A DNA stretch of 63,572 bases, counting the filler. It is 5 parts of 5 records of this genome, joined end to end, with 100 filler letters (N's around TTAATTAATTAA, not from the genome) between each part and the next. Parts side by side here need not be neighbours in the genome. Positions count along the whole stretch, not along the records: positions 1 to 23,939 come from DRR723986_636; 4 more parts are not named here. One strand, given 5' to 3'. The position numbers and the translations under genes were made by a program. Shown here in pieces: positions 8,816-17,867 of this stretch. The number at the start of each line of letters is the position of its first letter. The first letter of the stretch is position 1. The notes below the pieces were generated by a model. The model was not told the DNA's origin, did no database searches, and saw only the letters and a list, made by a program, of their open reading frames with translations.

Positions 8816-11269
8816 TTAGTCCACAATCACGGGTATCCACTGTCCACTTTCATGACGTTCGAATCCGCATGGCGCAAATCGCCACAAGTGCAACCATCCG
8901 TTGTTGATGAGTTGTTGCACAATCACATGTTGTTGAATCACTGCTTGAATCATGTTGGCAGGCGCATCGATGACGACTGTCAACCGAAGAGGCTCATGAA
9001 TCCAATGTTTACCATTGTGAAGAGATTGCTCAGACAGGCCGATTCTAAGATCTCCGCCGTTGCCTTCAAATACTCCGAGGGTGCCGCCCACCACATTGTG
9101 CAGTAATTTGTTACCGCTGCCCAAGCGAACTGGATCGCAACGTGATGCATGGTATTGCCAGTTGATCCAGTGGGTCACCAGCATGGGAGCGGTCATGAGT
9201 ATTTCCAGCAACGTGCCCTCGGGATCTTGCGTTGCATCGTAATCATGTAAAAAGCAGCGGCCATCCAGTATCGCATTCGCACTTTTTTGTCTGGGTGCAA
9301 TCAGGAACGCTGCATTGCCAGCCAGACCCCACTCAGGTCTGGTTTGTGCGCCATCATTTGCCCTGCGTTTGAAGTCTGCAAGCAATTCCCGTTGGTCTGC
9401 TTTCACATTGAGATCCAAACTGGGTGACCGTTCCCGGCGGGTCCGATCACTGGCGGTCTGCAAAGTCTGTTGGAGTTTAGCCCACCGTGTTTTTAGACCG
9501 GCGGGCAGCAGGTCAAGGTCAAATGCCTCAATTTCGTCGGTCGTTGTGTTGTGCAGGCAGGCAACAAAGTGGGTAGATGGCGATATTTCTATTCCCCGTT
9601 CATACAAGCCGTTTCTGACGGGTGGATCATTTAACAGGTTGGCCAGCGCGCGCGCATTTACTTCCCCACTTTGACCGCAGCAAGCGCCACAATCCAAGGC
9701 GGAAGCGTGCGCGTTGTTATTAGTTTGACTGCCATGACCTACCAAAAGAACTAGGGGAGCAATGTGGTGTTTCAAACCCATAGCGTTGAGTACTTGCGAA
9801 GCAAGACTTGTTTTGGCTTTCACATCCAACCCGAGAAGTTGAGGTCTGCACACTGGTTTGAACCTGGCGGGCACGCCCAACAGATCGTCGTTTTCACGAG
9901 TGTTCGCTGCAGGTTTAATCCACTGCGCCAGCTTCCCGATAAACGCCAGGCCAACTGCCTCTACAAACGAAAAGGCAGTACCGGGCCAACGTGAAGCCGC
10001 ATGCCATTGCTCAAGCATTGAGAGTCGGTTGCGGCGTTTAGCGACAGCTTTGTCTTGTTCATCTGACGCTGAAATACGGTCAGATACATGAAGTGCAGGT
10101 GCAAAAAAGCCGGGTAATTGCGGACGGCTGGATGTGCTACCCATGGGTGTGTACTCCACCGGCAACCCGAAAAAACCAGCTACTCCCAAAGTCTGTATCG
10201 AGGGCTCCACTGACTCCAATGCGCGCCGTAGTGGCTCACTTCGAACATCGATACAGAATGCGGCCTGAACCTCAGTAGTCTGGTGCGTTCGTGCATTAAC
10301 ATTGCTTTTAACGAGCTCGCAAGCCAACTGACGTTGATATCCAAGTTCAAGTGCGAGTTGCCATGTTTCATCGATCAAAAAAGACTGCTCGGCTTGTTCA
10401 ATCGCTTTAGCCGAGTTTCGCCATGCGCTTTGCAAAGCCGAAAACGCGTGGCGTGTGGCCACATCGTCCTTGCATTCCAGCAAGATTGCACCCCAAGCCA
10501 AACGTATTGCAAGCAAGTCTCGTAAGTGCGGATCGGCTTGACCCTTCAAGCGGGCTTGCCATTGCAAATAGGCGCACCACGAGGCCCAGCCATTGACCGT
10601 CAGCAAAACTGATTCAAGATAATCTACCCAGACTTCCTCGGGTAGGCCAAGGCGATTAAGCACCCATTCTTCGGCGTCCTGAGCTGAGATCGGTAACGCC
10701 TCAACGGCCCGTCCGATTTCTGGCAGTCCCATTAAGATACCGATGCCATGGTCGTGGCTCAACGTTTCCCGCCAGAAGTGATACAGCCCCAGATCGCGTT
10801 CGGGACGCCAATCTGCCTGATGTGTGTCAAAGTAAGCTGCGCAAGTTTGGCTGACCTGATGAGTAATCGCCTCCCGCCAAGACAATCGGGAATGTCGTTG
10901 TGGATCGTTGTCGAGCACATCAATCAGCAAGGGCAGTTGGTGTGCCGCGACTCTTGAGTACAACGCGTCCTCGCATTGGCGAGAGGTGAGCTTGAAAGCC
11001 TTGGCGTCAGGAATTTGTTGAATGGCCTGATTAAGATCCTTGGGTTGAATTCGACCTGTATCCCAAGCCTGCCGGATATATTGTCTTGGTGGAAAAACCT
11101 GAATCCCGCCAAGCACAGCCATTCGGGCAGCAACTCGACGTACCGGCATTTTCACTCGCGACCAGTGGGGGTTTACCGCGATGGATTTATCCAAGGGCCA
11201 AGCGGGAGCAATTGCTTCACAAGCCTGTGCGCACGCTGTTTCAATCTGAGGCTTCACATGGGTATTCAT
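8816..11269 (-). CDS. dabA: Inorganic carbon transporter subunit DabA (DUF2309, beta-carbonic-anhydrase-like)
   Basis: IAPAWPL..SIAVNP, Zn ligand motifs FCIDVRSE, GHGS, DCGAC; RPEWGLAGNA, FLHDYD, HEPLRL. Confidence 0.93.
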   Translation of the reverse strand: MNTHVKPQIETACAQACEAIAPAWPLDKSIAVNPHWSRVKMPVRRVAARMAVLGGIQVFPPRQYIRQAWDTGRIQPKDLNQAIQQIPDAKAFKLTSRQCEDALYSRVAAHQLPLLIDVLDNDPQRHSRLSWREAITHQVSQTCAAYFDTHQADWRPERDLGLYHFWRETLSHDHGIGILMGLPEIGRAVEALPISAQDAEEWVLNRLGLPEEVWVDYLESVLLTVNGWASWCAYLQWQARLKGQADPHLRDLLAIRLAWGAILLECKDDVATRHAFSALQSAWRNSAKAIEQAEQSFLIDETWQLALELGYQRQLACELVKSNVNARTHQTTEVQAAFCIDVRSEPLRRALESVEPSIQTLGVAGFFGLPVEYTPMGSTSSRPQLPGFFAPALHVSDRISASDEQDKAVAKRRNRLSMLEQWHAASRWPGTAFSFVEAVGLAFIGKLAQWIKPAANTRENDDLLGVPARFKPVCRPQLLGLDVKAKTSLASQVLNAMGLKHHIAPLVLLVGHGSQTNNNAHASALDCGACCGQSGEVNARALANLLNDPPVRNGLYERGIEISPSTHFVACLHNTTTDEIEAFDLDLLPAGLKTRWAKLQQTLQTASDRTRRERSPSLDLNVKADQRELLADFKRRANDGAQTRPEWGLAGNAAFLIAPRQKSANAILDGRCFLHDYDATQDPEGTLLEILMTAPMLVTHWINWQYHASRCDPVRLGSGNKLLHNVVGGTLGVFEGNGGDLRIGLSEQSLHNGKHWIHEPLRLTVVIDAPANMIQAVIQQHVIVQQLINNGWLHLWRFAPCGFERHESGQWIPVIVD

Positions 11270-12819
11270 TGCAGTCTCTCATGGTTGGTATCGCCAAAGG
11301 TGTTTTGATCGTGACCCGAAGTCCACCGCGTCGGCCAGATTCTCAGCGCGGTGCGAGTGTATGTCTCGTCGACATAGAAACCGGCATAACTCCACCTGTG
11401 CCAATTTGCAACTGCATGCGGTCGAAACTGTATCAGTGCCAAGGCGCAATAAAGCAAGAACATTCCTGATAAAGCTATTACACCTAGTACGTTGCTGGGG
11501 CTGTCGTGAATACCCAAGGGTATGCTGTGGGCTAGCAGGGAAGCTGTCGTGAGCAGGCATACCATAAGCAAGCCCGCGCCAATTTGTCGCAAGGTTTGGA
11601 ATCCCTCGTCCGGGACCTTTTTGAACCAGAGAATTGGACCCCACGCAAGTCCGAGAATGACACTCCACCACCAAGGCCAGGGCGCAAGGCTCCATATCGC
11701 CTGCATTGCGAGTACCGCGCTAATGGTGAGTAGTGGCGCAATCATCAAACCCAGTTCATGCGATGGATTTTTTGCCATCAAGGTCTGCTGCCGAGTTTGA
11801 CGAACGATATTGGATGCTGACAGGAAGGCGTGCGCCTTGTACAAGGAATGTCCAACCAAGTGTAAAGCTGCCAAGGTGTACAAGCCTAATGCGCATTCAA
11901 GCAGCATGAAACCCATTTGCGCAACGGTTGACCAGGCTAGCCTTACCTTGATACTGATTCTGGTCAACATCACCATACCGGCGAGCACCGCAGTAATCAA
12001 GCCAAAAATCAGCAACAGGGAGCATGCTGGCATGGCGTGCTCCAGAATGGGCGCAAAGCGAATTAATACGAATCCGCCCAGATTGACAACTCCGGCATGC
12101 AACAAGGCGGACACTGGAGTGGGTGCTTCCATGACTTGAATCAGCCAGCCGTGTACGGGCAACAGGGCGGTTCGCAGAATGACCGCCAAGACGAGTGCCA
12201 CCATACTGAAATGCAGCGTTGTGGACATGCCTTGCTGGGCTACGTGTTCTGTCAATGCAGAAATGCTGCCCGTCCCTGTGGTGAACCATGCTAATGAAGC
12301 CGCGGTAATCAGCAAGCCATCGGCCAGCAAATCTGCGAGTTTTTTCTTGTGAACTGCCAGTCGCGCGAAAGCCCGTTGTGGATAAAAACACAGCAGGTGC
12401 TGCAACGCAACACCAACCGCAGACCAGCTTGCAATCAAGACCAGCCAATGGTCGGAAATCAGTAACAGGTGGACGGCGCTCATCACCGCAGCCAGCGAGG
12501 CAATGTAGCGGGACTGGTTGCGCTCACCGTTCAGATAACGCGACGAAAAATCCGCAATGACTGTACCCAGCAATTGCACCAGTACAGTCGTAACAACTCC
12601 AAACATACTCATTTGCAAGCCGGTTGGTAGATTCAATGCCTGCTGGTGCCCAAAAGCCACAAGGATCGAGGAGGCCAGCAATACACACATTAAAACGCGG
12701 AGCCCCCACCAAAGTGTGGTTTCCGGCAGTAATTTCAAATGAGCCAACATCGCATAGCTAGCCAGCAAAACAGTGGGTGCTAGGGCACCTGCTGACAGAA
12801 GTGTTGAAATCGAGTCCAT
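11266..12819 (-). CDS. dabB: Inorganic carbon transporter subunit DabB (NuoL/ND5-like)
   Basis: PVHGWL..MEAPTPVSALLHAG, STVAQMGFM, GHSLYKAHAFL; ATGA overlap with dabA. Confidence 0.9.
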   Translation of the reverse strand: MDSISTLLSAGALAPTVLLASYAMLAHLKLLPETTLWWGLRVLMCVLLASSILVAFGHQQALNLPTGLQMSMFGVVTTVLVQLLGTVIADFSSRYLNGERNQSRYIASLAAVMSAVHLLLISDHWLVLIASWSAVGVALQHLLCFYPQRAFARLAVHKKKLADLLADGLLITAASLAWFTTGTGSISALTEHVAQQGMSTTLHFSMVALVLAVILRTALLPVHGWLIQVMEAPTPVSALLHAGVVNLGGFVLIRFAPILEHAMPACSLLLIFGLITAVLAGMVMLTRISIKVRLAWSTVAQMGFMLLECALGLYTLAALHLVGHSLYKAHAFLSASNIVRQTRQQTLMAKNPSHELGLMIAPLLTISAVLAMQAIWSLAPWPWWWSVILGLAWGPILWFKKVPDEGFQTLRQIGAGLLMVCLLTTASLLAHSIPLGIHDSPSNVLGVIALSGMFLLYCALALIQFRPHAVANWHRWSYAGFYVDETYTRTALRIWPTRWTSGHDQNTFGDTNHERLQ

Positions 12820-12898
12820 GAAGCGGTCTGATTGGATGTAGTAGTTCGCAGATAATGCGCATGAATTTAAGTTCTGTAAATTACAATAATTGAAATTA

Positions 12899-12921
12899 AT
12901 TGTTATATAAAAAAGAACAAT
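12899..12921. promoter_or_regulatory. LysR recognition site (T-N11-A) overlapping the lysR start
   Basis: ATTGTT-N11-AACAAT inverted repeat in an AT-rich divergent promoter. Confidence 0.6.
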
Positions 12922-13804
12922 GAATATTCATCAACTGAACTTCCATCACCTGTTCTATTTTTGGCGCGTGGCCAAACTGGGGCATTTAACCAAGGCGGCA
13001 ACCGAGATGCATACCTCGCAGTCTGCGGTTTCTACCCAAATCAAGCAGTTGGAAGAACGTATCGGTGAGGATCTGTTTTTTCGTGAACGACGTCGCCTCG
13101 TGTTGACTGAAACAGGTCAGTTGGTATTTGCCTATGCGGAAGACATTTTCGGTTTGGGGCAGGAGTTGTTGGGGTGTTTACAGGGGCGTGCCTCGGGTAC
13201 CAATCGCATTCGCGTAGGCAGTGTGAGCACTTTGTCGCGGAATTATCAGGAGAACTGGATACGTCCCCTAATGGTTGATCCTTCTGTGGTTTTGACTCTC
13301 GAGTCAGGGTTGCTTCAGGATTTAATTGATCGACTGGCCCAGCATCAACTCGATGTTGTTCTGGCCAATGAGACCGTGCCCGCAGACCCTGATCGTCCTT
13401 TGCTCTGCCAGTTTTTGGGCGGACAGGACATTTGTCTGGTCGGCCCCGCCAAGTCTTGGGAGAACCGTACTTTGCGCATGCCCGAGGATCTGGACGGTCT
13501 GGATATTGCTTTGCCCGGGCCGCGCAGTGCTTTGCGTTCGCAGTTTGATGCCCTGTGTGCTTCGGCCAATGTCGTTCCCCGTTTGCGCGCAGAGGTTGAC
13601 GACATGGCTATGCTTCGTCTGATTGCCCGCGACAGTGGCTGGTTGACTGTGCTGCCTGAGGTGGTGGTGCAGGATGAGTTGCGTGCAGGGGTGCTTGTCA
13701 AAGTTGGTCATTCCCACCTTTTGCAAGAACGGTTTTACGCCATTACGGCACCACATCGACATCGGTCAGCGCTGCTCGAGTCGCTCATGAGTTCTAGAAG
13801 CTGA
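12920..13804 (+). CDS. LysR family regulator (NhaR-like), divergent from dabBA
   Basis: LNFHHLFYFWRVAK.G.LTKAA..MHTSQSAVSTQIKQLE HTH; EVDDMAMLRL. Confidence 0.92.
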   Translation: MNIHQLNFHHLFYFWRVAKLGHLTKAATEMHTSQSAVSTQIKQLEERIGEDLFFRERRRLVLTETGQLVFAYAEDIFGLGQELLGCLQGRASGTNRIRVGSVSTLSRNYQENWIRPLMVDPSVVLTLESGLLQDLIDRLAQHQLDVVLANETVPADPDRPLLCQFLGGQDICLVGPAKSWENRTLRMPEDLDGLDIALPGPRSALRSQFDALCASANVVPRLRAEVDDMAMLRLIARDSGWLTVLPEVVVQDELRAGVLVKVGHSHLLQERFYAITAPHRHRSALLESLMSSRS

Positions 13805-15854
13805 TCTCAACACCCGCATAAACGCTTCTGCCTTCACCCGGCGCAAACTGTGCTGAATCTGCCCCGTTCGCATTCACAATCACACCCGTGGTGGCGGCAT
13901 ACACTTTGTCCGTCAAATTGCGGGCATCCACAAAGACGCGCAGTGTGTCGCTGAATTTGTACGATGCATTCAATCCAAGCAACAGGTAAGGATCTGTCGA
14001 CAAGGTGTTGGCCAAATCCACAAAGTAGCCTTGCGGCACGTATTCAATGTTGGGTGACAAGGTCCAGCCCAAGGTGTTGGCGTAGTCCAGTTTGGCCCGC
14101 ACATAGTGTTCCGGAATGCCGGGAATCGCGGCGTTGCCGTACACGCGGTCATTGTCAAAACGGAATCGGCCAAAGGTGTAAGCCAGTTGCCAGTTCAAAG
14201 TGTCGCCAGCCCTGAGCAAATCACGCGTGAAAGGCCCGGCAAGCCCAATTTCCACACCTTGATGCACCGTGTTGTCTGCATTCAGAATTGCGCTCAGGCC
14301 CGGCGCCAGCGGGTTGAGTTGGTAGCTCACAAACTCATTGTTCAACTGGCTGTAGTAGGCACTGATGTCCCAGCGAATTTGTTGGGTTACTGCGCGGGTA
14401 CCCAATTCAAACGTGGTCGATTCCTGCGCCTCCAGCGCACGCGTGGGGCTTGTTTCAGAAAACGTGGGTGGCTCGAACGCACGGCTCAAATTGCCGTAAA
14501 CCTGAGCAGCCTCGCTGGCCTGCCAAAGCAAGCCGGTTTTCGGGCTGAACTGCGCGTAGCGGCGTTGGTAGCTTCCATCGCCATCGCTTAAAAACTGATC
14601 GTCTGCTGTGCGTTTGGCGTGGGTCCATTGCAGGCCATTGATCCATTGCACGGAATCAGTCAGGTGCAGGCGACTTTCTCCGTACAACTCCATGTTGTGG
14701 GCTTTCTGGTCTTCATGGCTTCGAAGGCTGATTCGGTCGCCGCGTACATGGTTGAATATGCGCGCCTCGGTGATGCCGTGCACCAGGTTGTAACCCAAGG
14801 TGGTGTCATGCCGCAAACCCCACAATTCACCCTGTGCAATCCGGTTGCCAAAGGTGCCCACATCGCGGGTTTGCTGGTCAATCAAACCAAAACTCAGTGG
14901 GTGGTACAGGTTTTTGTCCACTGCATACACACCCGCGTTGTACTCCACGCCTGTTGGCGAAATCCAGGTGGTTTTGTTGGCAAGGCGGGTAATCAGGAAG
15001 TCGCGTTGTGAATTCGCAGCCGCCGACGCGGCATTGGCCTGTGTAGGGTTGGTTTGCAACTGCGCCTTGGTCAGGTTGCCGGGCAGTTCCTGATTCATGT
15101 CACCGTGAATCACATAAAAACGGGTTTCCAGTTGAGGCGAAATTTTCAAACCTGCATTGGCATTCAACCGGGTGTTTTTTTGTCCACTGAATTGCCGAAA
15201 CCCGTCAGAACGCAATTGCGAGAGCGATGCAAAATAATCCCAATTGCCCAGCACATCGCCGGTTTTAAATTGCGCACGCGCAAATTCATGGCTGCCAGCA
15301 TCCAGGCGCAACACGCTGTTGGGTGTGGTGTAGCCGGTGGGTGTTACAAAATTGATAGCCCCGCCCAGGCTGGCGGCGCCGTATTGCAAGGCGTTGGCCC
15401 CTTTGTACACTTCAACGTGTTGCAATGCCAAGGGGTCGATGTCCTGAAAATCCGAGCCACCGTCGGCCAGGTTAATTGGAATACCGTCTTGCAACAGGCG
15501 TATTCCGCGCATGTGAAAAGTGCGCGACAGGCCCGAGCCTCGAATGCTCAGTCGTGCTTCTTCATTCACCCGGCTTTGCGCAAATACGCCGGGCGTAAAG
15601 TCCAGCATGTCCTTAATGGTCACTGCTTTGCCTGCTTCAAAATTTTCAGCCTCGACCACGGCGGTACCACCTGCTGTCTGGTTCAACTTTTCTTTGGCCA
15701 CTTGCACACTGGCTGCGCTCAGCGCCTCGCGTTGGGCTTGCACTTCCACGCTGCTGAGTGCGGGGTTTGCAAACACCGGTTGAGCCAGTGGTGAAAAAGC
15801 CAACAGCAGGCCTGTGGACAAGGTAGTCATTTTGAAAGAAGCAAGAACGCGCAT
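13794..15854 (-). CDS. TonB-dependent receptor
   Basis: Signal peptide, plug motif LSIRGSG, VEVYKGANALQYG..SLGGAINF, NLTDK.Y, terminal Phe. Confidence 0.93.
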   Translation of the reverse strand: MRVLASFKMTTLSTGLLLAFSPLAQPVFANPALSSVEVQAQREALSAASVQVAKEKLNQTAGGTAVVEAENFEAGKAVTIKDMLDFTPGVFAQSRVNEEARLSIRGSGLSRTFHMRGIRLLQDGIPINLADGGSDFQDIDPLALQHVEVYKGANALQYGAASLGGAINFVTPTGYTTPNSVLRLDAGSHEFARAQFKTGDVLGNWDYFASLSQLRSDGFRQFSGQKNTRLNANAGLKISPQLETRFYVIHGDMNQELPGNLTKAQLQTNPTQANAASAAANSQRDFLITRLANKTTWISPTGVEYNAGVYAVDKNLYHPLSFGLIDQQTRDVGTFGNRIAQGELWGLRHDTTLGYNLVHGITEARIFNHVRGDRISLRSHEDQKAHNMELYGESRLHLTDSVQWINGLQWTHAKRTADDQFLSDGDGSYQRRYAQFSPKTGLLWQASEAAQVYGNLSRAFEPPTFSETSPTRALEAQESTTFELGTRAVTQQIRWDISAYYSQLNNEFVSYQLNPLAPGLSAILNADNTVHQGVEIGLAGPFTRDLLRAGDTLNWQLAYTFGRFRFDNDRVYGNAAIPGIPEHYVRAKLDYANTLGWTLSPNIEYVPQGYFVDLANTLSTDPYLLLGLNASYKFSDTLRVFVDARNLTDKVYAATTGVIVNANGADSAQFAPGEGRSVYAGVEISF

Positions 15855-15914
15855 CGCATAGTCCGGGCAAGATCAACCAGCACGCTTTATACGCCACGGC
15901 CTGCACTGCGAGAA

Positions 15915-15931
15915 TGCGGCATATTGTCGCA
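15915..15931. promoter_or_regulatory. RegA/PrrA/RegR-type box
   Basis: TGCGGC-ATATT-GTCGCA, matching GCGGC-N5-GTCGC, between the TonB receptor and divergent regB. Confidence 0.7.
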
Positions 15932-15986
15932 GCCGGGCTGCACACCTCACAATTTCAAGGCAGCGAAGCAAGAAGCCACTTAGAAT

Positions 15987-17312
15987 GTGAGCATGAAAAC
16001 AAGCCTGTTTCCCGACCACCGTCCCTTCACGCACCTTTGGACAGAAGGCTTGATGGACCAAAGCGATTTGTCCGTTCGCCGCCAGCAAATGGTGACGGTG
16101 ATGTGGATGCGCACGCTTGCGCTGGCCGCTCAGGTGTTGCTGTTAGCAGTGGTCGGTTTGTTGCTCAAAGTCAGCCTTCCCTGGTCGGTACTGGCTGTTA
16201 TTCTGGGTGCGCTGGTTTTACTCAATGCCATCACTTTTATTCGCCTGCGTCAGGGGCATTCGGTGGGCAGCTTTGAAGTGGCTGCCCAGTTGTTTGCCGA
16301 TCTGGCCGCCTTCACCTTTGTGCTTTATTTCACGGGTGGTGTGACCAATCCCTTCGTGTCACTTTATTTGCCGCTACTGGGCCTGGCTGCGGCACTGCTG
16401 CCTTGGGCGCAAGTTGCTGTGCTTGCCTTGTTCAGCGTGGTGGCTTACACAGTGTTGATGGGCAATTACATACCTCTGGTGCTGGCCAATCCCGACGATG
16501 GGGTTCACTTTCACCTGGTGGGCATGTGGTTGAATTTTTTGGTCAGCGTGTTGATTTTGGTGGGTTTTGTGGCGCGTTTGAGCTCGTCGATTCGCAACCG
16601 CGACCAAGCCTTGGGGCGCGCGCAGCAACGTTTGACCAGTGAGTCGCGTTTGGCGGCACTGGGCAATCAGGCTGCTTCCATTGCGCACCAGTTGGGCACG
16701 CCAGTGTCGACCATTGCCACCATTGTTTCAGACTGGAAAAATGACCCTGCCATGCAGGCGCATGTGCGGGAAATGAGTATTCTCAGTGCCCAGGTCCAAT
16801 CCATCACCGATACGCTAGGTCAACTGCGCGCTCAAATCGAAGTCAACCCTCGCCACAACGCCGATGCGCAATTCATCAACCCCAGTGAATGGCTTCAGGC
16901 CACATTGAGTGTCTGGCGAACCCGCAACCCACAACATGAAGTGCGTTTGATGCCCAGCATTGCTTCAATTGCTGGCGAATTCAAAGTGCGCAAAGAGTTG
17001 CTTGAATTGGGTTTGGTTACTCTTTTGGACAATGCCGCTCAAAGCCAGCAGCGTGCCTCGGTTAGAGACCCTCTCCAGGTGGGCATGCAATGTGATCACG
17101 AAAGCCTGACCCTTTTTGTGAATGACGCGGGCGGTGGTATTGATGCTGAGTTGTTGCCGAAAATCGGACAACAATTGTTTCAGGCCAATGGGCAAGGCAT
17201 GGGCCTTTTTTTACTGGCCAACCTTTTGGAACGCGAAGGCGGAAAGCTGAGCCTTCGCAACCTGAACCCCGGTGTTTGCGCCAGCTTAAGCTTGCCGGTA
17301 CTCTCACAATGA
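15987..17312 (+). CDS. regB: RegB/PrrB-family sensor histidine kinase
   Basis: About six TM helices, quinone-binding motif GGVTNPF, H-box AHQLGTP, LLDNA, DAGGG, GMGLFL. Confidence 0.85.
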   Translation: MSMKTSLFPDHRPFTHLWTEGLMDQSDLSVRRQQMVTVMWMRTLALAAQVLLLAVVGLLLKVSLPWSVLAVILGALVLLNAITFIRLRQGHSVGSFEVAAQLFADLAAFTFVLYFTGGVTNPFVSLYLPLLGLAAALLPWAQVAVLALFSVVAYTVLMGNYIPLVLANPDDGVHFHLVGMWLNFLVSVLILVGFVARLSSSIRNRDQALGRAQQRLTSESRLAALGNQAASIAHQLGTPVSTIATIVSDWKNDPAMQAHVREMSILSAQVQSITDTLGQLRAQIEVNPRHNADAQFINPSEWLQATLSVWRTRNPQHEVRLMPSIASIAGEFKVRKELLELGLVTLLDNAAQSQQRASVRDPLQVGMQCDHESLTLFVNDAGGGIDAELLPKIGQQLFQANGQGMGLFLLANLLEREGGKLSLRNLNPGVCASLSLPVLSQ

Positions 17313-17851
17313 CGCGCTCAATTTTGATTGTCGACGACGATGAGGTGTTTGCGAATACCCTTGCTTTGTCGTTTGAACGCAAGGGTTTCATGACCGATGT
17401 GGCATTCAGCAAGGAGCGGGCCCTGCTTGCTGCCGGGCAACGGCAATTCACCGACATCACGCTTGATTTGAATTTGGGTGAGCAATCGGGTTTGCAGTTG
17501 ATCGCGCAGCTACGGAGTTTGCAGCCCACTGCCAATATCTTGATACTGACCGGCTACGCCAGCATTGCCACCACCGTACAGGCTATCAAGCTGGGCGCTG
17601 ACAATTATTTGGCCAAGCCCGCGGACAGTGCTGCGGTGTTGCGGGCTTTGGATGATGATTCAAGCGGTGTTGCCTCAAATGACGATGAAGCTTTTGACTT
17701 TCAACCGATGTCGGTTTCCCGCCTGGAGTGGGAGCACATTCAGCGTGTGCTCAACGAACACGATGGCAATGTGTCCGCCACTGCGCGTGCGTTGAACATG
17801 CACAGGCGAACTTTGCAGCGCAAGCTGGCGAAGCGGCCTGTGGGGCGATAG
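17309..17851 (+). CDS. regA: RegA/PrrA-family response regulator
   Basis: Receiver domain, LTGYASIATTVQAIKLGA, Fis-type HTH EWEHIQRVL...GNVSATARALNMHRRTLQRKLAK; ATGA overlap with regB. Confidence 0.92.
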   Translation: MTRSILIVDDDEVFANTLALSFERKGFMTDVAFSKERALLAAGQRQFTDITLDLNLGEQSGLQLIAQLRSLQPTANILILTGYASIATTVQAIKLGADNYLAKPADSAAVLRALDDDSSGVASNDDEAFDFQPMSVSRLEWEHIQRVLNEHDGNVSATARALNMHRRTLQRKLAKRPVGR

Positions 17852-17867
17852 ATGTCTTGCCGCAGTC

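Noticed and set aside
11266-12819. Respiratory complex I subunit NuoL
   Set aside because: No other nuo genes; coupling to DUF2309 identifies it as DabB
15855-15986. DUF2946/CruR-type copper-sensing leader ORF or riboswitch before the TonB receptor
   Set aside because: No CxxC plus RAPP peptide and no recognisable cobalamin or TPP aptamer in the short spacer
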